IMG/VR virus record: IMGVR_UViG_3300024520_000063
Coordinates: 1 to 64,000 of that record
DNA length: 64,000 bases
Direction: 5' to 3' (one strand)
Source of the DNA: a virus
The notes under the pieces were generated by a model. That model ran no database searches. It saw only the letters and a list, made by a program, of their open reading frames with translations, and had not been told where the DNA came from. A program made the translations under genes and the position numbers. Of this stretch, positions 38,680 to 46,890 are shown one piece after another (positions within the stretch are counted from its first letter, which is position 1; the number at the start of each line of letters is the position of its first letter).

Positions 38680-38860
38680 GATCGGAAAAGTCATCAAGAG
38701 CGGTGGCGGTCCATACCGCGAACGTAACAGATTCGCCGCAGATGTAGTCATAGGAACGACTTGCGGCGTATTCCTCCTCATGGCTCTCACTGCCGCCACG
38801 ATCTGGATTAGCGCCAGCCTTGGCGCTGGAGGAAGCTTTACTACTGTACGTGTTCAGTAG
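38680..38860 (+). CDS. small membrane protein (paralog B)
   Basis: MIGKVIKSGGGPY... hydrophobic C-terminus; RBS ggagacagaccATG. Confidence 0.4.
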
Positions 38861-39017
38861 TAAAGTGCCCAATACGGAACCAGAGGTCCCACTCGGTAAC
38901 GAGTATATCTGTGTAAACTAAAGGCCAATTGTTCCAAAAAGCTGAGTTAGATCTGGCCATCCGGCTCAGCCCCGTGGCGGGCAGGCAGTGTGTTGCTGTC
39001 CTGTCCGCCACAATTTT

Positions 39018-39079
39018 ACCCTCATGAGAACCAGGCGATGGTTCTCTTTACCCCTCGTCAGAAACCAAGGAGACACGCG
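39018..39079 (+). promoter_or_regulatory. motif + covarying hairpin (GAGAACC aggcgat GGTTCTC) + partial motif + RBS aaggaga
   Basis: direct reading; compensatory G>A / C>T changes preserve stem. Confidence 0.6.
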
Positions 39080-39325
39080 ATGAATGCTGCACTCAGAACA
39101 ATCGATGCGATCGACGAACAGCTCGGAATTGCCTCTGTGGGGATCGAGTCCCTGCACGAAGGCAAATACCGGGACAAGATGCTCAGGGATGTCGTTCTGC
39201 TCCGCGAAACCCTGGCTGCTGCGAGGTGCTTTGAGCACTCTGTGGCCAGCAAGAGCACGAACATCGACTGGAAGTTCCTGCGACAGCAGCAGGCCGAGGC
39301 TCGGGAACTCTGTCACGCTGGATAG
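39080..39325 (+). CDS. hypothetical protein (81 aa)
   Basis: MNAALRTIDAIDEQ... Confidence 0.45.
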   Translation: MNAALRTIDAIDEQLGIASVGIESLHEGKYRDKMLRDVVLLRETLAAARCFEHSVASKSTNIDWKFLRQQQAEARELCHAG

Positions 39326-39363
39326 GGCGTGATCACTTCCAAAACCTCAAAAGGAGACAAGTC

Positions 39364-40461
39364 ATGGATAAGATTCAAGAAATGACACCTGAGCAAGAAC
39401 AGCAAATGGTTGAGTTCAGGGAAGAGTACCTTCAGATTGGACTGTCTACCGAACCCGCCAACAGAGAACTGGCAGAACAGGCCATTCAGTCAATCAGATC
39501 CAAGGCCCACAAGGAGTGCTCATCCTTCATGTGGTTCGACGGGATAGCGACAGCAGAATTATTCTTAAATATCGGGGCCAATCTCTGGGACAATCTCGGG
39601 GACAATCTCTGGGCCAATCTTAGTGACAATCTCGGGGCCAATCTCGGGGACAATCTCTGGGCCAATCTCAGGGCCAATCTCAGGGCCAATCTCTGGGCCA
39701 ATCTCGGGGACACTCTCTGGGCCAATCTTAGTGACAATCTCGGGGACAATCTCTGGGACAATCTCGGGTCCAATCTCGGGGCCAATCTCAGGGACAATCT
39801 CAGGGACAATCTCGGGTCCAATCTCGGGGCCAATCTCAGATTACACAGTCAGCTCGAAGGGCAAATGGAGTATTGGATTGCGTGGTACATGTTTCCTCAT
39901 AAATTCCTGAGGAACATTCATTCGGATTCCGACATGGAACATTTGAATGAGTGGGACTCAGTATTCCGATCGTGCTGCTGGTGGTGGCCATACGAAAACA
40001 CCACAATTGTTGCCGAAAGGCCCGCCTCGATCGTCAGAAACGAAGAGGGATTGCTGCATAATGAATCTGGACCTGCAATCTCGTGGCGAGATGGTTGGGA
40101 ACACTTTGCCTTGGAAGGCGTTAATCTGGATCGTCAAATCGTCATGGCTCCTGAGTCTCAATCGGTACAACAATTGGAATCAGAAGAAAACGAAGAGGTG
40201 CGTAGAATCAGAATCGAGCGATTTGGGGTTCTGCGGTATCTGGAAGAGTCTAACTCATCAGTCGTAGATACTCGTCGCAACGACATCGAAGCCACTTTTG
40301 AAATACTGGCCAATACGCCAAATGGCCAGCGATTAGTCACACACTGTCCCTCTACGGGAAGGCGTTATTTCCTTTCTATCCCAGAGCAGGTCGAAACCTG
40401 CGAACAGGCACAAGCTGTCCTGTGGGATGATCACGACATGAGAATTATAGGGAGAACGTAA
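39364..40461 (+). CDS. tetrapeptide-repeat protein (about 22 x [AD]NL[WGRS])
   Basis: 365-aa ORF with RBS aaaggagacaagtcATG; central 12-bp tandem repeats translate to ANLWDNLGDNLWANLS... Confidence 0.6.
   Translation: MDKIQEMTPEQEQQMVEFREEYLQIGLSTEPANRELAEQAIQSIRSKAHKECSSFMWFDGIATAELFLNIGANLWDNLGDNLWANLSDNLGANLGDNLWANLRANLRANLWANLGDTLWANLSDNLGDNLWDNLGSNLGANLRDNLRDNLGSNLGANLRLHSQLEGQMEYWIAWYMFPHKFLRNIHSDSDMEHLNEWDSVFRSCCWWWPYENTTIVAERPASIVRNEEGLLHNESGPAISWRDGWEHFALEGVNLDRQIVMAPESQSVQQLESEENEEVRRIRIERFGVLRYLEESNSSVVDTRRNDIEATFEILANTPNGQRLVTHCPSTGRRYFLSIPEQVETCEQAQAVLWDDHDMRIIGRT
39577..39839 (+). repeat. 12-bp tandem repeat array (consensus GMCAATCTCKGG), about 22 units
   Basis: direct reading. 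Confidence 0.9.
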
Positions 40462-40880
40462 TGCTAATCTCAGAAGCCGTCTCAGAACTTCGCAAATCAT
40501 CCGAATCGATCGACAGCAGTCAGCCAGTTCAGATTCCGGAAGTCATGTCTCCCGGAGAGGGATATCCGCAAGGGGATATCGTCCTGAAGATGATCGAGGC
40601 GCTCCCAAGTAGTGCGGTACAAGTGCCATGGGAACACGGAGATAGGCAAATTGCCCCCGGCACGTCTCGCGGTTCACGTCACTGTATTCCAAGCAGGTTC
40701 CAGGGATACGTGCGATTCTTCTCCATCAATGACGGAAATCCACTCTCCGATCTTGTAATCACAGCAGAAGTGCCCTTCGATCTGGTTCATCCGGAACACG
40801 CCGACCATGTTGGGTATCCGCCAGGAATTTACCGGGTCAAGCATCAGCAGAACGCTCAGCGGGAACGAGTACTGGATTAA
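40461..40880 (+). CDS. hypothetical protein
   Basis: 139 aa, ATGA-type overlap with upstream stop. Confidence 0.45.
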   Translation: MLISEAVSELRKSSESIDSSQPVQIPEVMSPGEGYPQGDIVLKMIEALPSSAVQVPWEHGDRQIAPGTSRGSRHCIPSRFQGYVRFFSINDGNPLSDLVITAEVPFDLVHPEHADHVGYPPGIYRVKHQQNAQRERVLD

Positions 40881-41208
40881 TCCGAAAGTTCGCTTAACAC
40901 TGATCAATACCATTCATGGAACCAGACTCGTGGTTATCAAGATCAAGAAGCGTATCTGGTATTCACTGGGCGGATTCAAGAACCCATCCCTCTTCCGCCG
41001 CAAGCGCCGAGATGGCAGTAAGTGGTGGTGGGAGTACTTTCAGGAGATCAGGTGACCTGTCCCCACTACTGCGACAACCAAGGGCTGTGCCATCAGTGCG
41101 GCATCCTCATGGAGCCGGAGTGGTGGGTTGCATACGCTGGGTATCCCCACCCAGACGACGACAGAACCCCGTCAGTTGAGTTCATTTCCGCAAACAAGGA
41201 ACAATGCG

Positions 41209-41358
41209 ATGTTTAACGTCTACATTCTGAATGCAGGACAATGGGAACCCGTCAGCAATAACCCGCAGGGCACAAACCGCAAAGCCCTGATGGACAAATA
41301 CCAAGGCTCTCATGGGCAAGACAATTGCGGCAAAGTCAAGATTCGGAAAGCCGGGTAG
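41209..41358 (+). CDS. small protein (49 aa)
   Basis: RBS aaggaacaatgcgATG. Confidence 0.3.
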   Translation: MFNVYILNAGQWEPVSNNPQGTNRKALMDKYQGSHGQDNCGKVKIRKAG

Positions 41359-41496
41359 CGGACTGTCCGTCCGGCATGTGCCAGCCCGTGACCGGTATTC
41401 GCCTGAGGCGAGATCGCGGCTCAACGTCCGCGTGAACTTGAGTCAGGATTCACGTCATGCGGAGCGGGCTGGCTTTTCATACACAAGGAGACATGT

Positions 41497-41722
41497 CATG
41501 AAAGTAAAAGAACTTCCACTGGATACAGATCTGTATTCTGTCAAGGTTCGAATCCCGGATGATCTGTGGGAAGATGCACAAATGGCAGGGATGACACAGC
41601 AAGAAGCCTACCTGCACTCTGGATGGTTCAGTGGAGTCTGGCTGAAAGAGGACCTAAGTTCCGGCAGAGTGTTTCCGCTAAACGCATCCAACACGGCAGA
41701 CTGGACCGTCGTCGAGAAATAA
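41497..41722 (+). CDS. hypothetical protein (75 aa)
   Basis: RBS acaaggagacatgtcATG. Confidence 0.45.
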
Positions 41723-42136
41723 TCGCCACCCGTCACGTATCCTGAGATTGTCTCCCTTGTGGTGCGTGGCGGGATTTTAATACCTCGCGTCAGCAATACG
41801 GTTGCCATGCACCGGTAAATGTGTGGCCGTCAAGCAGAAGGAGAGCGATATGACCTGTTATCACAATCACAATCTCTAACACAGGCAGAACGCCGCGTGT
41901 GGGAAAGCCCCACGGTCCCTGCCGGGTACTGTCATACTCGGAGAGCGGAGCACTACTTCACCGGACAGGGTGCGAGTAGGAGTCCAAGCGACTCAGTGAA
42001 AGCTGCTGGTGCAATTCCAGCCATGGGACTTCAGCCCGGATCAGTAGTTGCAGATTCAACGAAGCACAACACGCAAGCGTGAATCCACTACTGATTCGGG
42101 CTGTTTTTGTTTCTTCACCTCAGAAAGGAGTCTGTG

Positions 42137-42316
42137 ATGCTCGTACTCAGTAGAAAGCCAAATGAACAGATCGTGATTGCGGATGGCGAAATCGTGATCA
42201 CGCTACTTGAAATCAGAAAAGGATCAGTCAGACTGGGGATCGAAGCACCTCGTGATATCCCGGTTCACAGGCGAGAGGTGCAGACAATCATTGAATCTGA
42301 GGAGAAGGTGGCATGA
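42137..42316 (+). CDS. csrA: carbon storage regulator CsrA/RsmA homolog
   Basis: MLVLSRKPNEQIVIADGEIVITLLEIRKGSVRLGIEAPRDIPVHRREV aligns residue-by-residue with CsrA ([47 protein letters not shown]); RBS aaaggag. Confidence 0.85.
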   Translation: MLVLSRKPNEQIVIADGEIVITLLEIRKGSVRLGIEAPRDIPVHRREVQTIIESEEKVA

Positions 42317-42421
42317 ACTTCTACACAACTCCCGAGTTCGTCGAGAACGTGCTCCTCGGCGTACTATCCCTCATTGGAATCTTTCTGGTTCTCTCAACCC
42401 CATGGAACCCAAGACCGTGAG
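42314..42421 (+). CDS. small membrane protein (35 aa)
   Basis: ATGA overlap with csrA stop; followed by conserved terminator hairpin. Confidence 0.3.
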
Positions 42422-42437
42422 CGCCAGCCTTGGCGCT
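42420..42437 (+). terminator. conserved hairpin AGCGCCA-GCCT-TGGCGCT
   Basis: direct reading after csrA-adjacent small ORF. Confidence 0.5.
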
Positions 42438-42642
42438 GGTCGCACCACAGGATAAATCCAACTAACGGGGCGGGACCTCTCAATCCACCCTATGGTCTGC
42501 CTCTTCGGAACCTGTGGTGCGGCTCTTTTCGATTAAGTCCATAGCATAACATGACTTATTTGAAATAGATCCCACATAATGCCTGTCAGTTCTACTGAAC
42601 ACGTACACTAGAAAAACCCCAATTAAGGAAGCAGAGGTCCCT

Positions 42643-42825
42643 ATGAGTAAGTTCAAAGCAGAGGAAAGTTTCGGTCTCACAACCAGCACTGGGCGATACA
42701 TCGTCGTCTTCGGAGTGGATAAGAAAGCCGCTCTCCGAAGGTTCGATTCTGCCTACCGCCACACTGACGAAGAGGAGATCGTGAACTACAAGCAGATCAC
42801 AGACAACGGTCGCCTGATCGGATAA
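42643..42825 (+). CDS. hypothetical protein
   Basis: RBS aaggaag. Confidence 0.45.
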   Translation: MSKFKAEESFGLTTSTGRYIVVFGVDKKAALRRFDSAYRHTDEEEIVNYKQITDNGRLIG

Positions 42826-42928
42826 TCGGCCACGGTGAAGGAACCTGGGACCTGCACATCGGAGATTTCTCATGAATTATCACCACAATCTCTGTAAATC
42901 CTTGCATTTTACTTCTGGCATCAGTTCA

Positions 42929-43240
42929 ATGCGTGAGAAGAAAGATGCGTTCTGGCTGGTCGACGCGATCGCCAGCTACTACCACGAAGGTGGACCAATC
43001 CAGCGAGCCGCAGATCAGTTCTTCAGAGACTTACACTTCTGGAGACTGACCCCTGATGGGAACGGAGGGGCCACGCTGACGTCTGATGCCGACACCGGGC
43101 AGCCCAAAGTAATAACTCAGGAAATCGAATTCACGGACTTCAAGTTTGACTCGGACGATCCATATGTCCTGTTCTCCGGGCGAGACTTAACCCCTGATGG
43201 GAAAGAAGTCTGGGTCCTGCACCTTCCATCGGAGTACTAG
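42929..43240 (+). CDS. hypothetical protein with internal TPDG(N/K) repeat
   Basis: ORF 42872..43240, start probably MREKKDAFW. Confidence 0.4.
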   Translation: MREKKDAFWLVDAIASYYHEGGPIQRAADQFFRDLHFWRLTPDGNGGATLTSDADTGQPKVITQEIEFTDFKFDSDDPYVLFSGRDLTPDGKEVWVLHLPSEY

Positions 43241-43241
43241 C

Positions 43242-43766
43242 ATGGCCAAAAAGAAGTGGAAAGACCTGACACGTGCCGAAAGGCGAGTCCAGATCGCAAA
43301 GGATGCTTTGAAGACAGTCCAATCCAATACCTACAGAGGGTATAACGGAGGGTACCTGGCTGGGTTCGCCCCTAATAAAATCATGGATCATAGTTTTGTT
43401 CCAAGTCCCGAGGACTGTGATCTGATCGCCCAGGAATGCTCTGTGTGCGCCAGAGGAGCACTCTTGCTTTCTCGGGCATCCAGGTTCAACACACTGACTA
43501 TGGCCGACCTGGGTCTTGACGCTTGGAGCTTAACCTTATCAGCGTCTTCTGAGGCCACGACAGAAGGCCTGTCTGGTGCATTCACAGAGAAGCAACTCGA
43601 AGAGATCGAGAATGCCTTCGAGTCAGACTGGGCTAACAGCTGGGAACCTGCAGCAGAGAAGTTCGGAGCCAGCTTTCCAGACAGACAGGATCGCCTGATC
43701 GCAATCCTGCAGAACATCATCGACCACGGCACATTCAAGCCGACCGTCGAGTACGAAATGGTCTGA
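43242..43766 (+). CDS. hypothetical protein
   Basis: start MAKKKWKDL within ORF 43197..43766. Confidence 0.45.
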   Translation: MAKKKWKDLTRAERRVQIAKDALKTVQSNTYRGYNGGYLAGFAPNKIMDHSFVPSPEDCDLIAQECSVCARGALLLSRASRFNTLTMADLGLDAWSLTLSASSEATTEGLSGAFTEKQLEEIENAFESDWANSWEPAAEKFGASFPDRQDRLIAILQNIIDHGTFKPTVEYEMV

Positions 43767-44069
43767 TTCAGCAAGTCGGGCACCACAATTTCCATTGGCC
43801 CGTACACGCTGAATCCACCTCCGCCAGACCTCAAGGATCGATTAGCGCCCCTTCCTTGGGGTCTGGTCTTACATACACTCTGCGGTTCCTGAGACTGCAA
43901 ATCTCAGGTTGGCGGTGACGCGATACATGCAACCAGGCATCAAGGTCTGGCGCTTAGCCCGCTCGACAAGGCCCATGGGACACAATTAGGCCTTAGAGGT
44001 CCATTAACTGTGCGAGATAGTGCCTCGCACCCGCAGATTGTTTCTTTTGTGATCTGACAGGAGACAACG

Positions 44070-44300
44070 ATGAAACCGTACGGAATGAGCCGAATGGAAC
44101 ATGGCGACACAGACGTTGCTGGCTGTATCTACAACGCTCGCTCAACTGCTGTCTACTCGCTATCTGGACGAGCATATCGCTCACTGCGTAACGGGAAAAA
44201 GGCCCGCCTTCGCAGAGTGGAAAAAAGGGCCGCTCGTACGGCGGGAGATAGAGAAGCACAAAAACAATTCAGAGAGATGCAAGACGAAACGGGAGAATAA
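44070..44300 (+). CDS. hypothetical basic protein
   Basis: RBS caggagacaacgATG. Confidence 0.45.
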   Translation: MKPYGMSRMEHGDTDVAGCIYNARSTAVYSLSGRAYRSLRNGKKARLRRVEKRAARTAGDREAQKQFREMQDETGE

Positions 44301-44302
44301 CC

Positions 44303-44692
44303 ATGCTCTCAGACCAACTGATGATGACGGTGATGAATGATCGTCACGCCTACCAGTCATTCAAGACCGGTATGGGAATCCTGCGGTGCATCGTCTCGCG
44401 GGCAGCCGCACAGACGGCTCATTACTACGAGTGTGATGAACATACCGGCAAGACAACACTCGAACACTTTCCACAAAACGTGCGAGATGAGGCGATTGTC
44501 GACCTCGTCCGCTATTTCCTGGGTGAAATCTCTGAGGAGAAGTCCAATGAAGAGAGAGAAAGAAGAGCGGCGTCAAGAAGCGGAGGAGCGGAACCAGGAC
44601 TGGAGGAGTCGCCATCCCGAGGATCAGATCAGATCCCTCATGGGTCGGAGGGGCAACTCCAGGAAGCAGATCAACCGAATTCTTTCGGCTGA
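44303..44692 (+). CDS. hypothetical protein
   Basis: 129-aa ORF; C-terminal part low complexity, possible frameshift into 44546..44759 frame. Confidence 0.35.
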   Translation: MLSDQLMMTVMNDRHAYQSFKTGMGILRCIVSRAAAQTAHYYECDEHTGKTTLEHFPQNVRDEAIVDLVRYFLGEISEEKSNEERERRAASRSGGAEPGLEESPSRGSDQIPHGSEGQLQEADQPNSFG

Positions 44693-44759
44693 TGCGGAAC
44701 TCGCCTCTCCAGTCATATCGCCAGAATTCCGTCAGTTTGTGCTGGAGAACAGTCCATGA
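44546..44759 (+). CDS. hypothetical protein (alternative frame)
   Basis: RBS gaggagaagtccaATG; plausible C-terminal region. Confidence 0.3.
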
Positions 44760-45022
44760 AAGACAGCATTTCAGTAGTTGTCGGTTGCATCGACCCTGAT
44801 GGGAACCCAGACTTCTACGCAGTAAACATCATCTGCACACCAGATCAGGAACACGCCAGTGCCCATCGCCAGGCGGCTGAAAAGCTCGTGCGGGACATGG
44901 GTGGAGATCCCTGCTTTACTATCGATGAATTTGATCCCGCTTTCCTGTGGATCAGCGTCCTGAAAATCAATGATCTCGCAGGCACGAAACCCTACGACAT
45001 CAGAACAAAGGAGCCAGCATGA
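44756..45022 (+). CDS. hypothetical protein
   Basis: 88-aa ORF. Confidence 0.45.
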   Translation: MKDSISVVVGCIDPDGNPDFYAVNIICTPDQEHASAHRQAAEKLVRDMGGDPCFTIDEFDPAFLWISVLKINDLAGTKPYDIRTKEPA

Positions 45023-45198
45023 TTGCGTGCATGTGCTTCGGCTCGCTTGAAATCATATACGGACTGTTCCTGGCTGTTACCGGTGGGTTTGCAGCACTGG
45101 CAAAGTGGAGGAACAGCAAGAACTGCAAGTGTCATGGGAAACAAGAGGGCATGTTGCCCTCTCAAGGAGCCACCAACGGAGGTGGGCTTCACATGTGA
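45019..45198 (+). CDS. small membrane protein
   Basis: RBS aaggagccagcATG; hydrophobic N-terminus. Confidence 0.3.
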   Translation: MIACMCFGSLEIIYGLFLAVTGGFAALAKWRNSKNCKCHGKQEGMLPSQGATNGGGLHM

Positions 45199-45261
45199 TT
45201 GGGGCACTTCGCCCCAGGGTGCGACACACCCTTATCTTCCTTTTCGCGAAAGGGGAACATT

Positions 45262-45582
45262 ATGTCAACGCAGGATTTCGGCACTCCGGAAGTAGTCACG
45301 GAAACCGTCACCGTGGAGAACGTCAAGATCCTTGTGATCAACAACGCCGGAAACGGCTTTGCTGACTTCAAGACGTTCCCGGCTGGGACCAAGTACGTGG
45401 ACATCTTCAAGCAGATCATGCCTGAAGGTGCGAAGCCGGAGGATTACTCCATCCGGGTCAACAAGAACCTGGTTTCCACTGAGGACGGTGCCACTCATGG
45501 TGACAACCTGTCCATCACCAGTGCCGTCGCCAACCCGAACGATCGCCTGACGGTCGCTCCGAAGAAGGTCGCTGGAGCGTAG
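45262..45582 (+). CDS. beta-grasp ubiquitin-like (ThiS/MoaD-like) protein candidate
   Basis: 106 aa; pattern I.V.N...V....DGATH.GDNL.I resembles ThiS/MoaD core (I.VNGE.V....L.DGDEV.I); sits first in E2-JAB-E1 cluster; ends ...KKVAGA rather than GG. Confidence 0.4.
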   Translation: MSTQDFGTPEVVTETVTVENVKILVINNAGNGFADFKTFPAGTKYVDIFKQIMPEGAKPEDYSIRVNKNLVSTEDGATHGDNLSITSAVANPNDRLTVAPKKVAGA

Positions 45583-45699
45583 TCGCTGCTTCTGGGGGCT
45601 GGAATTTCCGGCCCCCAGACTTTGGAGCTTCCTGGGGATACCAGAGAGGTTCGATTCCTCCGGCTCCACTTCACGTACCTCTAATCAGGAGACCTAATT

Positions 45700-46890
45700 G
45701 TGCTACACGAAATTATTCCTGCGACCCCGCGATTAGTCGAAAAGCTTGTAGCGAGAGAGAGGGATCCCGCAAGAACAGATCCACTACTGTGGGAAAAATC
45801 AGAAGACACTGAGATGTATATAGAAATAGCATCTCGCGAGACGGCCAAGCTGGTTTCCAGCGTAGATGTCATGCAGAGGAAAATCAGGGCGTTAAACGCA
45901 ACACAGAAGCCATCTTTCGGGAAAGCTCTAAGAGATTCTGCATATACTGCCTATAACGACGCAAAGCATCAATTGGATGAGGCTTACTACAACCTAACCT
46001 CGTTCAATATACCCGAACGTCGCAGCAGCCCGGTCGCTCGGACCAACAACACCAAGAAGATTTCGTATCTGAGCAACTCCGACTTCATAGAGCAGGAAAA
46101 GGTGATGATACACCGCTCATATAAGACGGTGTTCATCACAACAGAACCAATCGTAATCGAAAACATCAACCTTGGTGCTTTTGAGATTCATGTCAGGCCA
46201 CGTGTTGACTCGACAGCAGAGGCATACGCACTCAACCCCAACCCGGCAATCAGCAATCCAGTCGTTACCCACCCGAATGTGAAGAATAACACTGTCTGCC
46301 TGGGCGAAGGTAAAGATGCATACAACAAGGCCGTTATGGAAGGGCGTCTTTGCGATGCACTGCAAATTGCCTTATCCGTCGTGAGAAATTACGGGTGGAG
46401 AAATCCCTACCTGTCTATTAGCGAATGGTTTGGAGTCAACTGTGGATTCTGTGGCCACTTGAATACACCAAATAGAACATTTCAGTGCATCGACTGCAAA
46501 GTAAAGGGATGCAAAACCTGCGCTTACACAGGGACTGCTCGAAGATGCTACGAGTGCCATGAGTACAGGCTGGCCAATCCTCCAGACGAGTGCTACAGGT
46601 GCAGTCGAGAGGCTCATAATGAATGCCCGGACTGCAAGAAGAAAGTCTGCGGGAGATGCTGGATCGAAGATTCCTGCAATCTCTGCTATCGCAGAAACAA
46701 TCAAGCCTGCAACAGGTGCGAGCGTGTCACCCGGATAGACACGTGGCCAGATCCGTGTGCTGGATGTGAGGTACGTTTATGTGCTCTATGTATGGAGCAC
46801 GGAGTTTTGTGTCCTACGTGCTATCAGGGTCACCTCAATGAGAACCCGGATGTGGCACGACTTATTGGGAGTCTGCGAGATGACGACTAA
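45700..46890 (+). CDS. E2 (UBC)-like ubiquitin-conjugating domain protein with C-terminal Cys-rich zinc-ribbon array
   Basis: GTG start after RBS aggagac; VTHPNVKNNTVCLGEG matches E2 HPN(I/V)xxxGx(I/V)C active-site signature; C-terminal half has >20 Cys in CxxC pairs. Confidence 0.55.
   Translation: MLHEIIPATPRLVEKLVARERDPARTDPLLWEKSEDTEMYIEIASRETAKLVSSVDVMQRKIRALNATQKPSFGKALRDSAYTAYNDAKHQLDEAYYNLTSFNIPERRSSPVARTNNTKKISYLSNSDFIEQEKVMIHRSYKTVFITTEPIVIENINLGAFEIHVRPRVDSTAEAYALNPNPAISNPVVTHPNVKNNTVCLGEGKDAYNKAVMEGRLCDALQIALSVVRNYGWRNPYLSISEWFGVNCGFCGHLNTPNRTFQCIDCKVKGCKTCAYTGTARRCYECHEYRLANPPDECYRCSREAHNECPDCKKKVCGRCWIEDSCNLCYRRNNQACNRCERVTRIDTWPDPCAGCEVRLCALCMEHGVLCPTCYQGHLNENPDVARLIGSLRDDD

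Noticed and set aside
34577-39080. Possibility that the repeated 13-mers form a CRISPR array
   Set aside because: Spacing is irregular (20-500 bp), repeats are 13 nt rather than 24-48 nt, and each sits next to a start codon; inconsistent with CRISPR architecture.
39486-39833. 115-aa minus-strand ORF (PRLSLRLS… repeats) and plus ORF 39623..39910
   Set aside because: Shadow frames of the 12-bp tandem repeat inside the 39364..40461 gene; repetitive translation is an artefact of the repeat.
42207-42455. 82-aa ORF overlapping csrA
   Set aside because: Out-of-frame overlap with a confidently identified csrA; runs through the conserved terminator hairpin; spurious.
43055-44820. Motif-like CCCCTGATGGGAAC copies at 43055, 43190, 44800 and CCCTCATGGGTC at 44635
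   Set aside because: These lie inside ORFs and translate to TPDGN/DPDGN/PHGS peptide repeats; GATGGG differs from the intergenic CATGGG consensus; likely coincidental or coding-level repeats.
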